A stretch of 62,812 nucleotides of DNA, filler included, from Globobulimina sp. (taxonomy: Eukaryota), in assembly GCA_003354225.1 (NCBI GenBank). It is 36 parts of 36 records of this genome, joined end to end, with 100 filler letters (N's around TTAATTAATTAA, not from the genome) between each part and the next. Parts side by side here need not be neighbours in the genome. Positions count along the whole stretch, not along the records: positions 24,477 to 26,124 come from PIVH01013652.1; positions 26,225 to 27,872 come from PIVH01013653.1; positions 27,973 to 29,619 come from PIVH01013654.1; positions 29,720 to 31,366 come from PIVH01013655.1; positions 31,467 to 33,113 come from PIVH01013656.1; positions 33,214 to 34,860 come from PIVH01013657.1; positions 34,961 to 36,607 come from PIVH01013658.1; positions 36,708 to 38,354 come from PIVH01013659.1; 28 more parts are not named here. One strand, 5' to 3'. A program made the translations under genes and the position numbers. Shown piece after piece: positions 24,477 through 36,810 of the stretch (position 1 is its first letter; each line of letters starts with the position of its first letter). Below the pieces are notes generated by a model. That model was not told where the DNA came from, made no database searches, and worked only from the letters and a program-made list of their open reading frames with translations.

Positions 24477-25591
24477 TCGATCCACTCACAAATAAGGCTC
24501 AGTTTAAGTGTTTATTATTAAATGAATGCTTCAAAACAATCGAGAATGTCTCCGAGAAACTTCCACAGAAATTAATGAAACTTATAAATGAATGCGAAGC
24601 GAAACCAATTAATTATTGCTTAGTATTGGATTATGATAAATTGTCAGCATTGGAAGTATTAAAATATTTAATCACAAATGACAGCGAATCCGCTGCCATT
24701 GAGATACCAACACATTACGAATCAGTTGGACATATCGCACATTTTAATTTGAAAAAAGAATTGTTGCGCTACAAATATTTAATTGGTCAAATTTATTTGG
24801 ATAAGTTGCCAAATTCAATCAAAACCATCATAAATAAAACAGCGTCGATTTCCAACGCTTTTCGTGTATTTCCAATGGAAGTAATTTGCGGAGAACATAC
24901 GTTTTTTACCAACGTAAAAGAGAATGGATGCAAATTCGCATTTGATTTCAGTAAAATTTATTGGAATTCGCGGCTTGGCACTGAACATGAAAGAATCTGC
25001 AATTTATTCAAACAGAATGAGACAATCTGTGATATGATGGCTGGTGTTGGTCCATTTGCGATTCCTTCGGCAAAATATAAACAATGCACTGTTTATGCAA
25101 ATGATTTAAATCCAAATTCATTCAAATATTTGAAACAAAATTGTGAACTTAATAATGTCGCCGAATATGTCCATTGTTATAATTTGGATGGCAGAGAGTT
25201 TTGGAAAATGTTACGTGAAAATAAACAATTTGTTGAGATTGACCATATTATCATGAATTTGCCAGCGATCGCACTCGAATTCTTGAATGTATTTAGAAAT
25301 TGTTACAGTTTGAATGAAATTGAAACATATGGCTTACCGATGATACATTGTTATTGTTTTGCGCGGGACGTAGAGCCTACAAAATCAATACATGAGCGGT
25401 TAAGGAAACATTTGGGTGTCATTCCAAAGGAAAGTAACTTGAAATTGAGGTTGGTTCGCAATATTGCTCCACACAACGATATGTATTGTGTTTCATTCAG
25501 ATTGCCGAAAGAAGTCGCTCTGTGCAACAATCCCAACAAACATAAGCTAAGCGATGACCCGCCATTGAAGAGACGCAAGTTGAATGAGTAA
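24477..25591 (+). CDS. TRM5: tRNA (guanine37-N1)-methyltransferase Trm5, 5'-partial
   Basis: ESVGHIAHFNL, FRVFPMEV, VKENGCKF.FDFSKIYWNSRL.TEH, DMMAGVGPFAIP, YANDLNP, IMNLP, HCYCF. Confidence 0.95.
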
Positions 25592-25678
25592 ACTTTAGAT
25601 GTGCAATTTGCATCGTGTCATTCGTTTTTTTTTCTTAAAGTTTTTTTTTTACTGTAAAGTTGTACTAGCTCTTTGATC

Positions 25679-25969
25679 ATGGCTTCGTTTGAGAAACTAT
25701 TGAAGGAAATCAAACAAAATAGCTCTGCTGAAGATATACTATTTTGCAGTGGATATACAAGAATATATGCTCGGACTGGTAATATTCCTGTGGATAGTGT
25801 GCATTATGTGATTCTATTTTATAAGATATTTGAAGAATGTAACAGTGGCAATTGCAAAGGAGCAGATATGATCATTAAAATAACACAGATATTTATTTTA
25901 GTTGTGGTAAATATGAGTATGTCTGGTATGTGGATAGCAAATACAATGAAAGCAAGATTATGGCGTTAA
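25679..25969 (+). CDS. Short or truncated protein with N-terminal box motif (possible pseudogene)
   Basis: LFCSGYTR..IPVDSVHYVILFY near the N-terminus; ORF ends soon after. Confidence 0.45.
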   Translation: MASFEKLLKEIKQNSSAEDILFCSGYTRIYARTGNIPVDSVHYVILFYKIFEECNSGNCKGADMIIKITQIFILVVVNMSMSGMWIANTMKARLWR

Positions 25970-26224
25970 GCGCTAATAACGATACACTTCAAAACATTCC
26001 GAATTAACTTTTTTGGCTTAGTTTCGTTTCATTTCATTTCAACGATTGGCAAGGTTTTTGGTTAGCTAGAGTGGTTTTCAACCTAGTATTCGAAGTTGAC
26101 CTAGGTCATCCAATACTAGGTCAANNNNNNNNNNNNNNNNNNNNNNNNNNNNNNNNNNNNNNNNNNNNTTAATTAATTAANNNNNNNNNNNNNNNNNNNN
26201 NNNNNNNNNNNNNNNNNNNNNNNN

Positions 26225-27003
26225 TACGTGGTTTTATCAACAACCATGAGATAAATATGCCATGCAGATAAACCAAGCAATAATATCAAGGGAAGCAACA
26301 TGCCGATAAATGACGCTATACGGCAGCACCAGTTCCATATAGGTCTTTGATAAAATATATCGCAATCAAATATATATTGTGTAAAGTCCAAATGAAACGT
26401 GCATGCAATAATTTTCATAAATTCCATCCAAAATAATGGCAAGAAATATAACGGTGTGTATGTAAAAAATTGATACACTGTATTTTTATCTGTGTCCTTG
26501 TTGATGGTAGAAAATCTATGACCAAACAAATTATAAAAACTTATATAAAATGCCATAAATACAGCTATAAATTGGGTGAAAATAAATATGTTATAGTATC
26601 CATGATTCCTTTTACCGATACAGTTTGCAACAATGTCACAATGATGGTCATATTGCGCAATGCAGGCATTGCATAGTTTGCAGTGTTTAGAGTCCAATGG
26701 TTGTCGTATTCGGCACACTTTACAAACCGACAACGATCTACAATCACTGGGATATAGTGGGCGTTGTTGTAATTTGACTAATTTCCCAGGATTAGAAAAA
26801 TGAGATATAAAAAATGTACTAAAGGCAATGAATTGAAAAGAGTGGAAAATAACATTAAAATAACCGGATAATTGATAGTCTGCATTGTATAGATATTCAT
26901 TTAGCAGTGAATCTGGCAATATATACAACATAAACAATGCTAACACATTCCATATTATATATTGATAGCGAGCAAACTTGCGTTTCCTTTCCAATTTAGA
27001 CAT
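26225..27003 (-). CDS. DHHC palmitoyltransferase, 3'-partial
   Basis: CKVCRIRQP..SKHCKLCNACIAQYDHHCDIVANCIGKRNH; flanking TMs; start of the TTxE motif at the contig edge. Confidence 0.95.
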
Positions 27004-27122
27004 TATCGACAAATATTATGCCAATAATGAAATGATACTAATATACGTATGTACGTCAATCAATTGTAAGTCCGAGTAACAAAACAGTTTTTAACCACAA
27101 ATATTAGCTTTCAGTTTAAATC

Positions 27123-27725
27123 ATGTTCCATTTGTCTGAAGATTCAAACGCAATTTTAAATGGCAATGACAAAAATGTAATATGTATAGTACGAAAGGAA
27201 AAGAATTCATGCGATGTCATTGTTTATAGAGCCAATACAATCGAAGAAATAGATAATTTTGGCAATATTAAAACCTTCTTACATCCAAAAAATCCTATCG
27301 ATATATTTTGGTTAAAATTATCAGGCCGAGATATAAAAAAACATCGTGAATCTGGCAAGTATAATGATCGTAGCAAACTAAACAAATTTGAAAAAAAACT
27401 TGTTTATGGCGTGAAATGTAAAAAAATCACTAAAAAATCAAAACTCAAAGCTGTTATAAATAGTGACTATAATAGCTCGTATTTAGTGACATTGAATGCG
27501 TTAAAAAGGAAGCAATCCATGAACCTTATCTTACGAATAAATGAAACTGATAATAAACCATATTTGTGTGGCGAAGTGAATGTTTCTGGTGTTTCAGTTG
27601 AATGTGCATTTAAAGAGTTGACAATTTCGATGAAAAAATCCGCAAAAATACCTAAAATTGATTTTGTTACTATAATCGCGACGAAATATAATACTAAAGA
27701 GCAGATTGAAGCGTATATCTGGTGA
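27123..27725 (+). CDS. DUF4833-like protein
   Basis: IVRKEKN..VIVYRAN...PKNPIDIFWL...LNKFEKKLVYGV resembles DUF4833 from memory of the family. Confidence 0.6.
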   Translation: MFHLSEDSNAILNGNDKNVICIVRKEKNSCDVIVYRANTIEEIDNFGNIKTFLHPKNPIDIFWLKLSGRDIKKHRESGKYNDRSKLNKFEKKLVYGVKCKKITKKSKLKAVINSDYNSSYLVTLNALKRKQSMNLILRINETDNKPYLCGEVNVSGVSVECAFKELTISMKKSAKIPKIDFVTIIATKYNTKEQIEAYIW

Positions 27726-28015
27726 AGATTAATAGCTATAGCTTTTAATATATTTTATTTTATTTTATACAAAAAATCTGTATATATATGTAGGTACATT
27801 TACGTTAATAATTAGTCAGTTAACTGATTTGTACTCACCATATGTACATCACTGTTATTTTATAATACAAATNNNNNNNNNNNNNNNNNNNNNNNNNNNN
27901 NNNNNNNNNNNNNNNNTTAATTAATTAANNNNNNNNNNNNNNNNNNNNNNNNNNNNNNNNNNNNNNNNNNNNGCACAGTGTTCAATTAATATGTTCCTAT
28001 AATTTATTTTTCAGA

Positions 28016-28720
28016 CCAGGTAGCCGCTACTTTGCACCCGCGTTGGTGGAAGAAATTGAAAGAAACATGAAGAAAAACAAGTCCATTCACAAGGTTACAC
28101 CACAAAAACGGGCTAATGCAATCTACCGTCCTCCCGCCAATGCTACCATAGCCGTTCGATTGGAATATGCCAAAAAATTCCTTTATGCTTTAATATTGTA
28201 TTACGATGCGGTGAACAAACAACGGAACATTCGTTACTTTTTAGATAGACGAGATGGTAGGGCATACCCTAATCATTTTCTTTGTGGCTTTATCTTTGCT
28301 ATTTTAGGTTGCGAGACGTTATCAGCGTTGGTAGCCGTTCTTAATTTACACAGGAATGAAATTGATTTCGATGCAGTTGCCGATATCATTGAGAGGGAGC
28401 CTATGACAGGAGAAGCATTGTCAATTGTTTTGCAAGAATTGGCCATGACTAATGCCACTGTGCGCATTTTGCATGTAAGTTCATTACAGTACTTGCAGAA
28501 GTAATAATAATTAATCTTGTCTGTGCTCAAGCTGGCAGCACACCATGCTGTCGACAGCACGAGTTTGCTGTCAGACCGCAGGCAGCATAATCATGCTATT
28601 TTTCGAAGAGTGCTGTCAGTGACCAAAAATTTTCTGTGATTTAACTCAATATTTTTGCAGGAAGTCATCAGAGACTTGGTTCGAAAGTACCGTGTCGAAG
28701 TGGTTAGGAAACATTGATAA
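28016..28720 (+). CDS. Hypothetical spliced protein, partial
   Basis: Open frame after an acceptor (ttttcag), GTAAGT donor near 28475, further acceptor tttttgcag at ~28660. Confidence 0.35.
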
Positions 28721-28818
28721 ATCATACTTGTTGTGTAGCAGGTAAATTTTGTAAACATTTAAATGTGCTGCTAAATTTCAAATAGTGTGAACAATGCAAT
28801 ACAATACAATCATGTGTT

Positions 28819-28931
28819 TACTGTAGTATAATACATCCATGTGAGCATGGGTATACTGTAGTATAATACATCCATGTGAACATGGGTATACTGTAGTATA
28901 ATACATCCATGTGAACATGGGTATACTGTAG
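28819..28931. repeat. 35-bp tandem repeat, 3.2 copies, each with an internal hairpin
   Basis: tactgtagtataatacatccatgtga(a/g)catgggta starting at 28819, 28854, 28889 and partially 28924. Confidence 0.95.
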
Positions 28932-29378
28932 GCGAGTCATATTAGAGCTACAACAAACAATGTTTTTGAATTTGCAATAAGCTTTATTATATTTTAGTTT
29001 TGCACCAAGAAAGTGTCCTCCTCTTACATTTTGGTTTTGTGAACCTGGTCATCCATGCATTCATTGGGGTGTTTTTCATTGGTTTATATTTTTTGTTGAT
29101 GGTTCACACACATGATTTATATTATTAATACCTTTGTAAGCTCATATGCGAGCAGTCATAAAAAATGTTTAAATATTCTGTAAAAGTTTCAATAAAATTT
29201 TTTGAGTACATTTTTTGTGATGCGCAGTTCATGTCATTGCTATCATGTCAGTGGTTTGCCATTCTACCTTGCTGTTGGTGGTCCAAATTTTTAATGTGTT
29301 ATTTATGGTAATTATAGATATTGTTTAAAGTTGTTAATATTATTGCACTTATTTGTACATATTGCACTTCACTTTACT

Positions 29379-29619
29379 ATGGTTCGAACTAGAGGGAAAC
29401 CTGGCTGCAAACGTACAAGCAGTAATGCCGGGTTTGTCTCTGATAATGATGATTCCAATAGTGACCAAAATTATGTTGACATGGAGTCCTCGCCGTCGTC
29501 CGACTCAGACAATCACTCACTTCTTCGAAAAAAACGAAGATTAAAAACAAATGAGACTGATGGAAATGAAACATCAGATAGTGATGAAACAGTCGACGAA
29601 ACTGATGATCAAGAGTCCG
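29379..29619 (+). CDS. Acidic/Ser-rich N-terminus with NLS, 3'-partial
   Basis: MVRTRGK..., RKKRRLK, Asp/Ser-rich tracts. Confidence 0.4.
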
Positions 29620-31466
29620 NNNNNNNNNNNNNNNNNNNNNNNNNNNNNNNNNNNNNNNNNNNNTTAATTAATTAANNNNNNNNNNNNNNNNNNNNNNNNN
29701 NNNNNNNNNNNNNNNNNNNAAAGCATGGTACGGTCAAAAAGTCACGACACCACGTTTTTCGGGCTCGTTTTCACAGACTCTAGGACCTAAATGAAAAATC
29801 CGCTCTAGCCGATTTATCCGCCGTTACAAGAGCTACGTACTGGTTTTTTTAATTTTGCGATTCGACCGCGTTTTGTGCCCGACATGGCCGTTTGAATGAA
29901 AACGAACACTTTCGACTAATTTTGACTATTGAAATACTATGGAAAAAAGTGTACGATTAGAAAAGTTATGGTAAAAAAACAGTAAAACTAGACGATTCCG
30001 GCTAATTCGGACACGCTGAACACGACTTTACTATTTTTAACTCTGTCCGAATTCTGCAATCCCCTCAATCAGGGATGATGTGTCCGATATTTGACAACGA
30101 GGCCTTCAAACACCAGAACTTTTGTAGTATGATTTAGATTATAGGCTTTTAAAGTCTACAATAAATATACTTTTAGGTACTTTTCATTCAACACGATTCA
30201 AGTCGAAGCTTTTATTCTAAAAACATCAAAGCATATTTAATCTGCGCCAGATGGCGCAAGACGACGCCACATTGATTAGTGAAACTAATTGGGAAAATTT
30301 AGTACCAAAATATATATGTATCGATTTCACGAATCTAAAAGTGAGGTTGACTATCTCGAACAACCATTTTTGTATTCCTAGTCGACGCCTTAGCGCCAGC
30401 TGACGCAAAGTGACGCCATATTTATCATTTCTGGTAAAATCGATACATATAGTTACACAAAACCTATGTCAATTATTGTTCCACACATTTTAACTTTTTT
30501 GGATAATCTCACAACAAACACAATGCTATGTAGGCAATTACATATAACTAAGAAAGCCACAAATTTACAGAAATTCTAACCCTGGCAAAAAAATAATTAT
30601 GTAACAAAGCTTACAAATTGTGATAAGACATTTTGTGACATGAGTATAAACCAGTAGAATCACAAATTGCACACAAATTCAAACTGGGAAAATGATAACA
30701 AGAATTACAAAAAAGCACATTCAAACTATTTTGACTCCTAAAAAAGCAAAATACATACAAATTACTTCTTTCCATCAATCTTATTAACTATTCGCTTCGT
30801 GACAATTTTGGCATCTTTGTCAACTTCACTTTGCCAGTGGGCAAGTGGCAAGTTGAGAGCTATCATTTCCTTGATTTCTGTTGTCAACTGAGCAGCTAAC
30901 GATTGCTGACAATTGTTGTTATGTTTGAACAAAGCATTGGGATTCACGGCTGACTGAGCAAATTGGTGCAAGTAAGCAAGGAGTTTTGCCTCCAAGCTAT
31001 TTTTTCGCACAATTTTGAAAACTGTCGTTCCTATTGGAGTCCAACTGATATACAGCCCTGCGTCCGCATTCAAAGCTGCTATTTCCAACAAAACCTGGAA
31101 CAGGACATTAACACACTCAATAACATATGAAGTAGCTATGACAAAGTACAAGTGACAATACCTGGACAAAATGTTTCCAAGGAATTTGTTGAATTGGTGA
31201 TGGTTTTGCATTGCCAGCAAACATTGGGCACTTCGCTTCAATGGCATATTTCAATTTTTCACCTGATGATAGCAGGACTGTGAGCAGTCCATAGGCGATG
31301 AGGCGACATGTTTATTGATGTTGATGAGGTCAACTTCATTGGACATAGTGTTTTGTATGGCTGACTNNNNNNNNNNNNNNNNNNNNNNNNNNNNNNNNNN
31401 NNNNNNNNNNTTAATTAATTAANNNNNNNNNNNNNNNNNNNNNNNNNNNNNNNNNNNNNNNNNNNN

Positions 31467-32522
31467 GTTTATCCAACCGATTTGTTTTCACATTGAAATT
31501 AAAATTATACTCAAACCGTTTAAAAATTGGCGCTAAAAAAGTATCCAAAACCCATGACTTATTCTTGTTTGTTGGTGAGACACAGTTTGTAATTTCTAAT
31601 AAAATTTGATTTTCATTCATATATTGAACGTAATATTCAATCCCAAATAAATCGCAGCATAAAACTTCAATATCTGCCCATTTCTGTGGCGACGACAAAT
31701 CGATGACTTTGCGTCCGCCAATTTTGGGCCAGCACACAGATTGTAAACATTTTTGTAATTCGTTGAGATATCGTCGCTGCAAAATATTTATTATTTGCAG
31801 TTAACTCAATATAAAAAATAAAATAAACATACTTTGATAGCTGGTAAAATACCGACAATATGTCCAATTAACGACGCTTGAATGGATTCCAGTTTATTTT
31901 GTGGAGTTTGCTCGAAAACATCAACATTATCATCGATAAGATTTGGTGCATTGTGGTCTGTGCTGTTACGCTTTATTTTGGACAAAATATCTTTGATTGA
32001 AAATAAAATATAAAATAAGCGTAATATTTGCGATGGGTTTGATTTAATGCCTTGTTTAATATCATTGATTTCCATTTGATATTTGTGGATCACATCATAT
32101 TGCGATTCAACATATTTTTGAGATAATATTTTATGGAAATGTAAGGTTTGGGGAATAAAATTGTTTTGACACTGATTGGTTAAAAAATGGTTTGCTTTTT
32201 GTGTTAATTGTTTTATTTTTTGTTTTTCAGTTTGAATGGATTGATGTAAAATTATTATTTCTTGTGATAATGCATGTTGTGCACGAATCTGTTGTTTGTG
32301 TTGCATTTCTTTTTCACATTCTTGTAAATTACCCATTACTTTGCCAAATTGCATTAGTCGTTGTCGTAATTGAGAGATTCTACTATCACATCCATTAATT
32401 GCTTCTGATTGGGCCGAAATACTTGAATGTGATGTATTTTTATAATAGAATTTAAAATAAAACAACAATACATACTCTATCTCAAACGAATTAAAATACG
32501 CAAAAGGTTCTGCGCTGTCCAT
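31467..32522 (-). CDS. RINT1: RINT1/TIP20 family tethering factor, spliced, 3'-partial
   Basis: N-terminal coiled coil; LQSVCWP; LAPIFKRFEYNF..KTNRLDK matches the RINT1/Tip20 P..RF.YHF...TNRLDKPEW motif. Confidence 0.78.
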
Positions 32523-33213
32523 GGTCTGTTGGTTCAAAAAGGTTTTTAGTTGAGTTGAATAATGCTACGTTTTCCGCATGGCATGTTCAAATTTTCCGCA
32601 GGTTATAGATGGAGATGTTCTGAGTATGAATGGTATGTTGATGTAACCCACGAATTTCATTAATGAATAGCAATTTATATATAAATTAAAAAGCAATGGG
32701 ATTGATTTTGTAGAACCAGTTCCATTCTGGTATGTATGTATTTAATGTGTGTTGCTAAACGTCATTGTATTTCCATATGATTCGTATTTGTAGCTCAATT
32801 TGTATAGCAATGACGCACATCCAATTAATCCATAACATTTGCAATATCGAGGTCAAAATGCGGTACATAGTAAGATTTGTGAAGTTACATAACTTGCATC
32901 TCATATTAATATATTTTAATTGTATACATGATTGCGGCACAAAAATGATTTTACGTGGACCATCCCTTCAATATATGTGGGAACAGGAGGCAGACAGACA
33001 AATTGATATATTTTTGAAAGGAAGTTGTAACTTTCAAATGGATATATTCATCAGATTAAAGATAAAAATTTATATGTTTCTGTTCCTGAAAGTATTATAA
33101 AAGAATGGATTTANNNNNNNNNNNNNNNNNNNNNNNNNNNNNNNNNNNNNNNNNNNNTTAATTAATTAANNNNNNNNNNNNNNNNNNNNNNNNNNNNNNN
33201 NNNNNNNNNNNNN

Positions 33214-33960
33214 ATTATCGTCATTTATTTCGTATGCGGATATCTTATAATCACAAGCTTCGATATTTAATTGCAACAACATTTGATGTACGATGTCAAA
33301 TAATTGTAATCTATCATTCCATGCAGTTTCTTTTTTGTACAAAACAACGGAAAAATAAACAACCGAATATATTTACAAATATTAAACTAAACTGTCCGGA
33401 GAATATAACGCCAAACAACCACTTTGACCGTTTTTAAAGGATTCAATTAATGGTTGAATAACATTTGAAAATATATCACATAAAAATGAGGTCTCGGAAG
33501 CAAATATCTCATTAAATTCAAATATATTCCAATGATTATTGTTATTATATGGCGCAAAATAAAATTGTTTTGTTAATTTATTGGTAAACATATATTTATT
33601 ATGTCTTTGTATCGATGATAACGAAGCATTTGCGTTGTTGTCATCAGATTCATTGTCAGTTTTATCGTCTTCCACACATAAATATATATCAATTGTGTTC
33701 ATAGCTCCAATGCCAAAATTGTCACTTTTTTTATTCACACCAGGCAAATGATCAAAACTCACCATTGATGTATCTCCCGTATCATCATTTGGTTCAGAAT
33801 AATTAGCAAACACTGGCTCGGATGGCGCACGATGATTATTATGCTTATTGTGGTTAAAAGTCATATTATTTAACTCAGTAAATAGTGAACTCTCGTCTGC
33901 ATTTTCCAATTGTAGGGAAATGTCAAGATCACTTTTTTGCATTTTAGGTCTTGCCTTCAT
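33214..33960 (-). CDS. Divergent kinesin-motor-like protein with degenerate P-loop, spliced, 3'-partial
   Basis: FEFNEIF..IFSNVIQPLIESFKNGQSGCLALY, then after a predicted intron KT...YKISAYEIND, resembling kinesin FDxVF / GxNxxxFAYGQTGSGKT / SxxEIYNE. Confidence 0.55.
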
Positions 33961-34073
33961 GATATAATTCACAATGCAAAGCAAAAAGATCTTTTACTAA
34001 AAACTCTTTACCGGTACTAGCTTTCAGAAATCTTTGTTTACATCCTCAACTTATAAATATTATACAAGGAACT

Positions 34074-34860
34074 ATGTTTGAACCAAAACAATTCCTTACA
34101 TTACACAAAAAGCAAGATTACTCCAACTCGTCTCAAAGGTCAATGTCAAATAGCCTCACATTAAACGCCTCAAACACGTGTACACCAACACATTTGGAAG
34201 ATATGACCCCGACATGTACTCTTAGTCAATTAGATCACTTGAATCATTATTCATTGTCATCGATACCGTCCACTGCTAGTACCAGTCAAACACATTTAGC
34301 ACATTTACCATCTAATAACAGCTCCAATCAATCTCATTATTCAAATTATTCAAATCATTCAACGATTTCATCATCGCATACCATTCAACTCACTGAGTCT
34401 GACACTCCATTAACACCAAATATTGCTGCAGCTGCACACATAATTACCCATTTCCCATTAAATGAGAATTTCTCATTAGAAACAATTCCAAGTTTAAAAA
34501 CAAAAACAAAATCTAACTCCAAAAACAAATCTGAATCAAATGAGCAACAGAAAGTAACAGAGGCAAAGACAGCGCGCGACGATAATAAGAACAGTTATAT
34601 TGACCATAGAGATGAGCAAAAAGAGTGTAATGTATGTGATTCTGAAGAATTATTTTTACGAAAACGTGGTTATAAACGAGGTAAGAAGATAGCCACAACG
34701 TTACAAGGATTTATTTATGAGATAGAATCCTTGAAAAACGGACATAAATTTGTTGTTAAACAAACCGACAAACAGTTGCATAAAAAAGGAATTACTATGC
34801 AAAATGGTAAAAAATACGCAGTAAAAGAAGATATTTTAAACGAAAAATCCATTTTAAAAA
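34074..34860 (+). CDS. Ser/Thr protein kinase (N-lobe only) after a long Ser/His-rich N-terminus, 3'-partial
   Basis: YKRGKKIATTLQGFIY (atypical Gly loop), FVVK (VAIK Lys), EDILNE..ILK (helix C). Confidence 0.65.
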
Positions 34861-34960
34861 NNNNNNNNNNNNNNNNNNNNNNNNNNNNNNNNNNNNNNNN
34901 NNNNTTAATTAATTAANNNNNNNNNNNNNNNNNNNNNNNNNNNNNNNNNNNNNNNNNNNN

Positions 34961-36607
34961 CTGTGGTTAATAGTATATTTTTCAACCTGTTTTCCTCTGG
35001 AAAAGGTGGAGCTGTTTATTGCATTGGATTGGAAGGTGGATCAAATACAAACATAATGAAATCACCAACATTTGTGAATGTGGCTTTTTTAGGAAATGGA
35101 GCAAGCGCAAGAGGCGGAGCTATATCAGCCGATGCAAATTGTAATTTTAAATGTGATTATTGCATATTTGATAGTAATTATTGTAGTGGTAAAGGTGGTG
35201 CAATATATCTAGGTATGATCCATTCTATGAGCTGCTTATACTGTATAATGTATATATATTTTTAGATTTTAATTCCGATGCAATTATCACAAATACAATA
35301 TTTGCCAATAATTATGCAATGGAAAGCGGTGGTTGTATTGCAGCCGATGGTAAATCACTTGTTATTTTGGAAAATCCTCTATTTGTTGCAAATACGGCAA
35401 AATGGGAAGGCGGATGTTTGTACTCTGGAAGTGGAGTTGGAGAAAATATACATCAAGGATTTGAAATATATTTAGACTCTCTCTCTCTAAATTCAAGCAT
35501 ATTTATTAATAACACAATATTAAACCATAATGCAGGACAAAGCGATGTATATTTATGGCCATACTCAAGTTTTATATTAACAGATCAAACATATTCACCA
35601 ACATCTCAGCCAACATCTGAACCATCATTCGGTCCAACAATACCATCATATTCACCAACTTTAAAACCAACACTACATCCAACCGCACCAACTTTAAGTC
35701 CTACTCCCCAGAGCCCGCCAAATATTTTAATATTTTTAATTGATGACATAGCGTATACACAATCATGGAATCATTCAGCAGCTGCAACAAATTTGAATGG
35801 AGTTAATATTAGTTACTTAAATACCGATACACCAAATATTGATAGAATAATGAATGAAGGACTTGTGTTTCCTCGTTCATACGCATCTGGTCCAAAATGC
35901 GCTCCATCAAGATTTGGAATACTTACAGGTCGCAATGCAATTAGATCACAATATGCCATTAATAAAACATTAAAAACATCCTCGGGATTTGCAGGTACAA
36001 CGGTATCAGTGCCAACACTAAAAATGATTTCAACTGATTTGATTTATAACGTTCCCAATGTCTTAAGAAATAACGATTTTGCAACAGGAATGATTGGCAA
36101 ATGGCATTTGATGACCACAGATGATAATGGGTATAAGTATGGATGTGACTCATTAAATTATTATCCGAATGAAACATTATATGATTTATGCGCAAATATT
36201 GTAAAAGAAGCAGGATTTGATTTTGTGGATGGATTTTATCATTCAAACATTGCAGAAAATGATTATTATTCTCATAATCCCGAATGGATGGTTGAAAGAG
36301 CACAGACGTTTATTGATGGCGCTATTGTTGACAATAAACCTTTTTTCTTATATTTCGCATCGACATTAACACATTCGCCAGATGTAAAAGAGGCGCTGTT
36401 TAATTATTCGCTTAGCGATACGCCCAGAGGGAAATTAACGGCTGATGCAATTCCAAATAATACTGGAATGAGTACAAGAGATTATATTTGGCAGAAAGCA
36501 GCGGAAAAAGGAAAACAAACGAGTAAGATAGCTGGTGTTGTTTGGGTTGATGATGCGTTGGGTGCATTGTTATCATATTTAGAGAATAAATCATTATTAG
36601 ATGATAC
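34961..36607 (+). CDS. Modular protein: GGA(I/V)/FxxN beta-helix repeats + Pro/Thr linker + formylglycine-dependent sulfatase; intron 35213-35265; partial at both ends
   Basis: GGAV/GGAI repeats; PTSQPTSEPS linker; PNILIFLIDD, TPNIDR, CAPSR (CxPxR), LTGR, GKWHL, PFFLYF, DDALG. Confidence 0.9.
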
Positions 36608-36810
36608 NNNNNNNNNNNNNNNNNNNNNNNNNNNNNNNNNNNNNNNNNNNNTTAATTAATTAANNNNNNNNNNNNNNNNNNNNNNNNNNNNNNNNNNNNN
36701 NNNNNNNAATGCTATTGCAGGCATTAAAACATCCAGAGTTTGCTGTGGTTTCCATGCTACACAGATGTTATAAATGATAAATCATGTTCAAAAAAAAAAA
36801 CTTCAAAACA

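Noticed and set aside
28819-28931. 35-bp hairpin-containing repeats as a CRISPR array
   Set aside because: Units are directly adjacent with no unique spacers, no cas genes, eukaryotic context
29720-31366. Repeat-like region with short GC-rich motifs and a 161-aa minus-strand ORF
   Set aside because: No recognisable domain, terminal repeat or RNA structure could be supported from the sequence alone
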